In this document: piece by piece, positions 1 to 5,032 of the stretch
How positions within the stretch are numbered: position 1 is the stretch's first letter
Layout of the letters: each line of letters starts with the position of its first letter
Assembly: GCF_006345805.1 (NCBI RefSeq)
Contig: NW_021830280.1
Location: forward strand, 1 to 5,032
Length of the DNA stretch: 5,032 nucleotides
Source of the DNA: Octopus sinensis
Taxonomy: Eukaryota
Direction: 5' to 3'
Notes under the pieces: model-generated
Told to the model about the DNA's origin: nothing
Seen by the model: the letters and a program-made list of their open reading frames with translations, nothing else
Database searches by the model: none
Position numbers and translations under genes: made by a program

Positions 1-243
1 GAGAGACACACACACACAGATATAGACACACCCACCACACACACACACACAAACACACACAGAGAGTCACACAACATGCACACACAGTTATGTGTGTATA
101 TATGTATACGTATGTATGTATATGTATGTATATATTTATGCATATATATATATATGTATGTATATAAATATCTATGTATGTATATATATGTATGTATATA
201 TGTATGTATATATGTATGTATGTATAATATATATATATATATG

Positions 244-282
<39 letters not shown>

Positions 283-355
283 TTGGTATATATATATATA
301 TGTACATATACATACATATATATATGTATATATATATATATATATTAGATATATT

Positions 356-415
<60 letters not shown>

Positions 416-431
416 CGTGCGTGTGTGTGTG
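1..431. repeat. Compound microsatellite: (CA)n/(GA)n, then (TA)n/(TATG)n, then (GT)n
   Basis: Directly visible: CA-rich 1-87, TA/TATG-rich about 88-380, (GT)n 381-431. Explains the Y/I/M/C/V ORFs at 76-348 and 92-280. Confidence 0.97.
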
Positions 432-451
432 TAATACAAATATATAGATAG

Positions 452-935
452 TTTTTGTTAACTGTTGTAAAGTAATAGGTATATAGTATGAGTGTTCTGT
501 TAGGTTTACCACTAAAACTCCGGCTCGAACTGCAACTGAAAGTGTGGTGTTTAGACTGCTTATCAGTTAGATATATTGAAACTAAATATGAAAAAGCAAA
601 ACGTTTGGCATCACCTGAAAAGGATATTTAACTTAGTTAGAGAATATAAATATACAGAGTCTCTTACAGCTGTTTGTAGAATAACCCAGCATGTGGATCA
701 TCATATTGAGTAAGATTCCATAAACTGATTATTCAGTCATCAGAGAGAAAGAACTCAGAGAGAATTGAAAATGAGGGTATATCCGTAGTGGCAGATATTA
801 GTATATTCCAGTTTGTCAAAAATAGGGAAAGGATCAGAGTAAAATAGTTATGCCTGAGGTAGTTCCGTGATCAAATAAGTAATACAGTTATAGGTAAGGG
901 CCATTAGCTATTTCAAAATGAGAGTGTTCGATGAT
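452..935 (-). mobile_element. Probable Penelope-like element pLTR/UTR segment, inverted relative to the adjacent endonuclease remnant (boundaries approximate)
   Basis: Contains a PLE-type hammerhead motif (657-756, -) and abuts the GIY-YIG remnant at 940. Its 855-920 part is a diverged inverted copy of 3114-3179. Confidence 0.45.
657..756 (-). ncRNA. Degenerate type I hammerhead ribozyme (HHR1), PLE-type with palindromic short stem III
   Basis: Minus strand reads GAGU-ucuuu-CUCU, CUGAUGA (plus 737-743), a long imperfect stem II (GAAUAAUCAG...CUGGGUUAUUC; plus 714-734 and 679-699), CAAA in place of GAAA (plus 673-676), C-AGCU-G, UA, then AGAG-ACUC. Predicted cleavage is after GUA, between plus 665 and 664. 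G12 is replaced by C, so it is likely inactive. Confidence 0.68.
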
Positions 936-939
936 AATT

Positions 940-1087
940 CATGGCAAAGAACTGTCGAAGTTATGTTATATATAACATAGCTTGGTCCATCGCTGACTCG
1001 GGTTCTCCATACGAAAGCCAACATGACCCATGTTGGCTGTGTTTGAGAGAATCTTTACAAACCCTGTCACATAAGCCTGTGAGTTAA
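940..1087 (+). pseudogene. Remnant of the C-terminal part of a Penelope-like element GIY-YIG endonuclease domain (5' piece)
   Basis: 940-969 reads HGKELSKLCY. After a frameshift or deletion, 971-1087 reads YNIAWSIADSGSPYESQHDPCWLCLRESLQTLSHKPVS*. This resembles the recalled PLE pattern ELSKY.W...Y.I.W.I......Y......C.LCL.E.L. Confidence 0.68.
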
Positions 1088-1357
1088 TTCAATTCAATTC
1101 AATTCAATTTTTATTGGCTCAAAAAGCAAAAGCAAGGCCATGTAGGGGGACAGGGAGTTATCTACAGGGAGGGTGGTCATACAAAGAGTTCAGGCCATTT
1201 CTGGTCAAGAGAGACTTTGAACCGAGCGGTCGTCTACATCTTCACTATCTCGTCCGGCAGCGTATTCCACGGATCCGCAACCCGGAGGGAGAAAGCTCCT
1301 CTCCTTCCATTGAGATGAAATCGTCGTAGATAAAGCTTTTCGGAGTGACCCCCGCAG
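1086..1357 (-). mobile_element. 5'-truncated CR1-clade LINE 3' end (ORF2 C-terminus, 3' UTR, (GAATT)n tail)
   Basis: Minus frame 1350->1177 reads GHSEKLYLRRFHLNGRRGAFSLRVADPWNTLPDEIVKM*TTARFKVSLDQKWPELFV*, matching the typical CR1 ORF2 end (RGH..KL...FS.RV...WN.LP..V....FK..LD). One in-frame stop at 1234-1236. AATAAA lies at plus 1110-1115, followed by the (GAATT)4 tail (plus AATTC x4, 1086-1105). Confidence 0.88.
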
Positions 1358-1423
1358 CATGAAGCCTTCTCTATGTGTGTCCACAATTCTTTTCAGTCAC
1401 TCAAGTTTCTACTACAGGTCTAA
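1358..1423 (+). pseudogene. 3' piece of the PLE endonuclease remnant, resuming after the CR1 insertion
   Basis: Reads HEAFSMCVHNSFQSLKFLLQV*, matching the recalled terminal PLE motif E..S.C.H...KFLL that follows C.LCL.E. Confidence 0.6.
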
Positions 1424-1827
1424 GTGTAGTAAAGCAATTACTTCTGATTCTTACTAACATGTAGTTTAGACCATATGAGCTGACTTTATTTAATTAATGT
1501 CCACAGAGTCGTCATACCTCTTTATCGTTTCTTTGTAGATACTCATTTTCTCCTATATTTCATAATTAACGTATTCCATCTAGGTTATAACTAATGAAAT
1601 ATCCTATCATTAACAACACTCTCCTAATTAATAGAACATCACCTGCCCTTTCCTCCCATTGTTTAGAGTTATACACGAATTAATAAAATACATACAAATG
1701 AATCTAAGTTTCCAGTTCTCTTCACTAATTTATTTACTATGATATCTAGTCTCTATTATCCATTAGCAGAGTATTTCCTTCATCCTTAAGTATATCACTA
1801 CACTTAAGCTTAATAAGTAAAAAAATG

Positions 1828-1870
1828 AATAAATAATAAATAAATAAATAATAAATAAATAAACAAACAA
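1828..1870. repeat. (AAAT)n/(AAAC)n microsatellite, followed by T-rich low complexity to about 1950
   Basis: Directly visible. Confidence 0.9.
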
Positions 1871-2103
1871 GTAGATAAATGTCCTTTATTTACTTTTTAT
1901 CTTTATTTTTGACTTATTTTTGATTTATCATTTTTAAATCTTTATTTTCATTCTTCTGTTCCCAATGAGCACCCACCTTCATTAACACTACTAATCTTTA
2001 AATTTAATACTATGGGCACCACCACAACCAGGCGAGGCCGAAAATCGCCTCACTTCTAGAAGTATCAGACCCCCTTTAGTTTTTTGTGATCATTAAGACA
2101 GCA

Positions 2104-2500
2104 TAGTTTATAACATCGTCCTTTATAGAACCGCCACATTCTGTTAGTAAATAAACTTTACTATTCCGTACTGATATTTAAAACAAGTTGTTTTTCTCTA
2201 TACGAGATCAGTGACTGTGTGTCGCTTACAGAATTATATAGTGTTTGCGAGTGGAGAAAGCTTTATCAACAACCAGTGATTGTCTCACACTGAGAACGGG
2301 TAACTACTCAGAAACCATGGTCTGTGAGTATCACGTAAGGCTGGAAATGGGAGCGATTACCTCCCTTGCAAACACTATACGGACACAGACTGTGTGTCGA
2401 TAGCCAGCAGGAAAAGATATTTCCCTGGGGTATAAACAAAAGTAAGATTGTCCTTTATAGGAGCGACATATTCTGTTGGCAAATAAACTGTATTAGTTTA
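2104..2500 (+). mobile_element. Retrozyme-like non-coding element, copy A (monomer 332 nt plus terminal redundancy)
   Basis: 40-bp direct repeats at 2118-2157 and 2450-2489 (34/40 identical, period 332). Central hammerhead at 2284-2328, enclosed by stem 2237-2256/2361-2379. Homologous to 3928-4577 (-). Confidence 0.7.
2276..2334 (+). ncRNA. Minimal type I hammerhead ribozyme (HHR2)
   Basis: Stem I is CUCACA (2284-2289)/UGUGAG (2323-2328), extended by GUGAU (2276-2280)/AUCAC (2330-2334). Core is CUGAGAA (2290-2296; canonical CUGANGA). Stem II is GGGU-aacu-ACUC, then GAAA (2311-2314), stem III C-CAUG-G within palindrome ACCATGGT, and the GUC triplet at 2320-2322. Confidence 0.8.
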
Positions 2501-2876
2501 CTAGCAGTATCGCCCGGTGTTGCTCGGGTTTGTTTCGACCCTTTAGAATTGGAATTTTTGGAAAAGTAACAATTTTGCATTATGTAGCTTGTTATTCTCT
2601 TTAAGTGAACATTTTTCTGGTTAAAATACACCGAAAAATGGCGACATAGCGGTAAAAAAATCGTAAAAAATAGGAGTTTTCATAGAAAAAAAGCACATTT
2701 TTGATGTAAATAATTGTTGGTCTTAACATGGTCCGATTTCAGAAGGAAGATCAAGCCTTCTTCTATCATACTCTCAATTTTGGTCAACTTGCGCCGCAGG
2801 GTCTCGGAGGAGATAGTGTTAGTTGAAGGCTACCAAACCTGCCATACACAGACAATTTCAGCTTTATATATATAGA
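2501..2876 (-). mobile_element. Non-autonomous Helitron (376 bp)
   Basis: Minus strand starts TC (plus GA 2875-2876) and ends CTAG (2501-2504), with a GC-rich subterminal hairpin CCCG...CGGG (2513-2528). It sits between A2500 and T2877 with no target duplication, all canonical Helitron hallmarks. Confidence 0.88.
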
Positions 2877-3113
2877 TGACATCTTCATCCCTTTATCTAT
2901 CCGTTTATATACATACATGCCCTAACATCTCTCGACATGCATACCCCCACTATACTGACTGGTATATGTTTACTCTACTACATCTACCCATCTGTCTTTC
3001 CTCCACATTCCAGTATAACATTCCTGTTAAACTATCATCCATCATCATTCTCTATTCAAAATAGGAACTGGTAACTTCCACATTTCCTCGCTATGGATTG
3101 TCATTGGATATTT

Positions 3114-3179
3114 TTATTTCAAACTATTAATTGATCTTACATATAAGTGTATTATCTATTTGATCTTGGAACTACCTCA
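3114..3179 (+). repeat. Diverged inverted-orientation copy of 855-920 (probable PLE UTR sequence)
   Basis: CTTACATATAAGTGTATTATCTATTTGATCTTGGAACTACCTCA here versus CTTACCTATAACTGTATTACTTATTTGATCACGGAACTACCTCA from the reverse complement of the 855 region. Confidence 0.75.
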
Positions 3180-3358
3180 CATCCTTAGAAAAATCCTATC
3201 AATTTAAATATCTGTGTTGTATTACATAAATATATTTTACTATCGTCCCTGCCAGACCCCTCCCCTGTACATACTGTAACATCTCTTACCATACACTTGC
3301 TCTAGGAGACTGGGTGTGTCTCGGCAAGTGTTTGTAACAAACATGCAGATTAAAAGCG

Positions 3359-3388
3359 AATAATAATAATAATCATAGTAATAATAGT

Positions 3389-3422
<34 letters not shown>

Positions 3423-3441
3423 TAACAACAATAATAATAAT
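3359..3441. repeat. (AAT)n/(AAC)n compound trinucleotide microsatellite
   Basis: Directly visible; explains the poly-C/Y/L/V/I ORFs on the minus strand. Confidence 0.95.
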
Positions 3442-3578
3442 ATAGGTATAGATATATGTGTGTATGTATATAGCATATGTATAGCGCTTCCGCTAGGTTC
3501 TTGCTTTGAATATCAAGAAATCGTATATGTCGACTAGCGATGTGTATATATGTATATATATATATATATACTGGACAT

Positions 3579-3870
3579 GGAGGCCCAGTGGTTAGGGCAG
3601 CGGACTCGCGGTCGTAGGATCGCGGTTTCGATTCCCAGACTGGGCGTTGTGTGTGTTTATTGAGCGAAAACACCTAAAAGCTCCACGATGCTCCGGCAGG
3701 GGATGGTGGTGATCCCAGCAGTACTCCTTCACCACTCTTTCTCTCACTCTTTCTTCTGTTGGCCTGCTCGCTTAGCCATGGGGTGGCGTCAATTCGAAGG
3801 CTAAAACAATGCGAACGCATTGTGACCAGCGATGTGTAGCAACATCTGATGGTCTGGTCAGTCACGTGAT

Positions 3871-3877
<7 letters not shown>
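3579..3877 (+). mobile_element. tRNA-derived SINE, near full length, with structured 3' end and (TA)n tail
   Basis: A-box-like AGGCCCAGTGG (3581-3591) and B-box-like GGTTTCGATTCC (3624-3635), CpG-rich body, 3' hairpins, ending TCACGTGATCACGTGA then (TA)n. Resembles an abundant octopus SINE (from recall). Confidence 0.85.

Positions 3878-3928
<51 letters not shown>
3878..3928. repeat. (TA)n microsatellite / SINE tail
   Basis: Directly visible; another TA-rich tract lies 5' of the SINE at 3545-3570. Confidence 0.97.
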
Positions 3929-3932
<4 letters not shown>

Positions 3933-4143
3933 AGAAAAGCAATTAGTTTTAAATCTCTGAGCAAGAAATAAGTAGCCAAAGTATTAGACTAAAGTCTATT
4001 TGCCAACGTAAAGTGGCAGTCCTGATTAGGACGATGTTTACTACATTTTTTAGCCCCCGGTAAACACCTTTTCCAGCTGGCTATCGACGCACAACTGCAT
4101 CCTTATACCTCGAATGAGGGACCTAATGTCCCCACTCAACCTT

Positions 4144-4373
4144 AAGGCGACGAGCTGGCAGAATCGTTAGCACGCCGGGCGAAATGCGTAGCCGTATTTC
4201 GTTACGTTCTGAGTTCAAATTCCGCCGAGGTCGACTTTACCTTTCATCCTTTCGGGGTCGATGAATTAAGTACCAGTTACGCACTGGGGTCGATATAATT
4301 GACTTAATCCGTTTGTCTGTCCTTGTTTGTCCTCTCTGTGTTTAGCCCCCTGTGAGTAGTAAAGAAATAGGTA
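4144..4373 (+). mobile_element. tRNA-derived SINE (second family), apparently full length
   Basis: A-box-like TGGCAGAATCG (4156-4166) and B-box GAGTTCAAATTC (4211-4222). The central CCGAGGTCGACTT..CCTTTCATCCTTTCGGGGTCGAT..ATTAAGTACC block resembles conserved invertebrate SINE central domains (which superfamily is not resolved). Ends in A-rich AAAGAAATAGGTA. Confidence 0.87.
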
Positions 4374-4419
4374 CCTGCGGACTAATGGTTTCTGCGTTAT
4401 TTCTCTTCATCGGCATAGG
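4374..4419 (-). ncRNA. Degenerate minimal type I hammerhead ribozyme (HHR3)
   Basis: Minus strand reads CCUAUG, CCGAUGA (plus 4407-4413; U4C), AGAGAAAUAACGCA (decayed stem II), GAAA (plus 4389-4392), C-CAUUA-G, UC, CGCAGG. It occupies the same position in the element as HHR2. Confidence 0.65.
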
Positions 4420-4602
4420 ATAACCTTGGCTGGAGATGGCAGCATTGGGCCCTTGCTTGAGGTATATAATTTTAAAGTGACACACACTCACTGATGTTGT
4501 AAGGAGAAAAACAATTAGTTTTAAATCTGTGAGCGAGAAATAAGTAGTAACAGTATTACAGCGTAAAGTCTATTTGCTACTGAACAGTCTAGTACTGCCA
4601 TT

Positions 4603-4903
4603 GCAAGTGTCTTCTACTATAGTCTCGGGCCGACCAAAGCCTTGTGAGTGGATTTGGTTGATGGAAACTGAAACAAGTAAAAGAAAAGAATATATTTATA
4701 TATGCATATATATGTTTGTGTATCTATGTTTGCTCCTCTATCATCGCTTGACAACCGATGCTGGTGTGTTTACGTCTCCGTAATTTAGCGGTTCGGCAAA
4801 ATAAACCGATAGAATAAGTACTAGGCTTACAAAGACTAAGTCCTGGTGTCGATTTGTTCGACTAAAGGCGGTGCTCCAGCATGGCCGGAGTCAAATGAAT
4901 GAA
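4603..4903 (+). mobile_element. 5'-truncated SINE (third family): body and 3' region with internal TA/TG microsatellite
   Basis: Starts at GCAAGTGTCTTCTACTATAG, the segment that normally follows a tRNA head, and runs to GGCGGTGCTCCAGCATGGCC.GAGTCAAATGA. Recognised from recall as a common octopus SINE body. Confidence 0.75.
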
Positions 4904-4957
4904 TACTCACAAATAAATGAATACTCACACAAACATATACGTATAGAAATCCATATA

Positions 4958-5032
4958 GGTGCAGGAGTGGTTGTGTGGTAAGTAGCTTGCTAAACACCAC
5001 ATGGTTCCGGGTTCAGTCCCACTGCGTGGCAT
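4958..5032 (+). mobile_element. tRNA-derived SINE head, truncated by the window end (probably same family as 4603-4903)
   Basis: A-box-like TGGTTGTGTGG (4968-4978) and B-box-like GGTTCAGTCC (5010-5019) at tRNA-like spacing. Confidence 0.8.

Larger units (their letters stand above)
3928..4577 (-). mobile_element. Retrozyme-like element, copy B, interrupted by a SINE
   Basis: Direct repeats at 3928-4003 and 4500-4577 (period 572, about 340-345 after removing the SINE). Shares TGTGYGTCGATAGCCAGCWGGAAAAG with copy A (4068-4093 vs 2391-2416, 24/26) and the TTTAAAAC...AATTATATA block (about 4463-4526 vs 2177-2240). Hammerhead at 4374-4419. Confidence 0.7.

Noticed and set aside
76-348. ORFs 76-348 and 92-280
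   Set aside because: Translations of TA/TATG microsatellite.
1114-1329. 71-aa plus-strand ORF
   Set aside because: Antisense to the recognisable CR1 ORF2 C-terminus, with a non-ATG start.
2030-2063. AGGCGA..GAGGCCGAAA..TCGCCT hairpin and ACTTCTAGAAGT palindrome as another ribozyme
   Set aside because: No CUGANGA core or closing stems, and no HDV-like pseudoknot could be assembled by eye.
2118-2489. Direct repeats as LTRs or a CRISPR array
   Set aside because: Only two copies, no TG...CA ends, PBS or PPT, no spacer periodicity, and a eukaryotic context.
2366-2569. 67-aa ORF
   Set aside because: Crosses the retrozyme/Helitron junction, non-ATG start, no recognisable motif.
2876-3064. 62-aa ORF
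   Set aside because: Its ATG is created by the Helitron junction; pyrimidine-rich sequence with no recognisable protein motif.
3579-3645. Possible genuine tRNA genes (also 4146-4226 and 4958-5032)
   Set aside because: A/B boxes are present but cloverleaf stems are incomplete; the first two run into SINE bodies and the third is cut by the window end.
3240-3979. Minus-strand ORFs 3240-3476, 3350-3673 and 3674-3979
   Set aside because: Made of microsatellite and antisense SINE sequence.
4491-4510. CTGATGT...GAAA as a plus-strand hammerhead
   Set aside because: Core is not CUGANGA and no stems form; it is the antisense of a conserved block of copy B.
4574-4783. 69-aa ORF
   Set aside because: Lies almost entirely within a SINE body; non-ATG start.

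Overview
Non-coding, repeat-saturated animal genomic DNA with no intact host gene. The microsatellite load and tRNA-derived SINE families look cephalopod (octopus)-like, which is an inference from recall. All supplied ORFs are microsatellite or antisense artefacts. The window is a nested stack of mobile elements: (i) a decayed Penelope-like element (PLE), seen as a GIY-YIG endonuclease C-terminal remnant on + that is split by a 5'-truncated CR1-type LINE, with an oppositely oriented segment carrying a degenerate type I hammerhead ribozyme; (ii) a 376-bp non-autonomous Helitron with canonical ends; (iii) four tRNA-SINE pieces. The most interesting signal is two diverged, oppositely oriented copies (about 2104-2500 on + and 3928-4577 on -) of a ~330-345-nt terminally redundant non-coding element. 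Each copy has a minimal type I hammerhead motif inside a long stem whose sequence differs between copies while pairing is kept. This looks like a non-LTR retrozyme (circRNA-type, probably PLE-mobilised) family. All three hammerheads carry core or stem substitutions, so these particular copies may be inactive.
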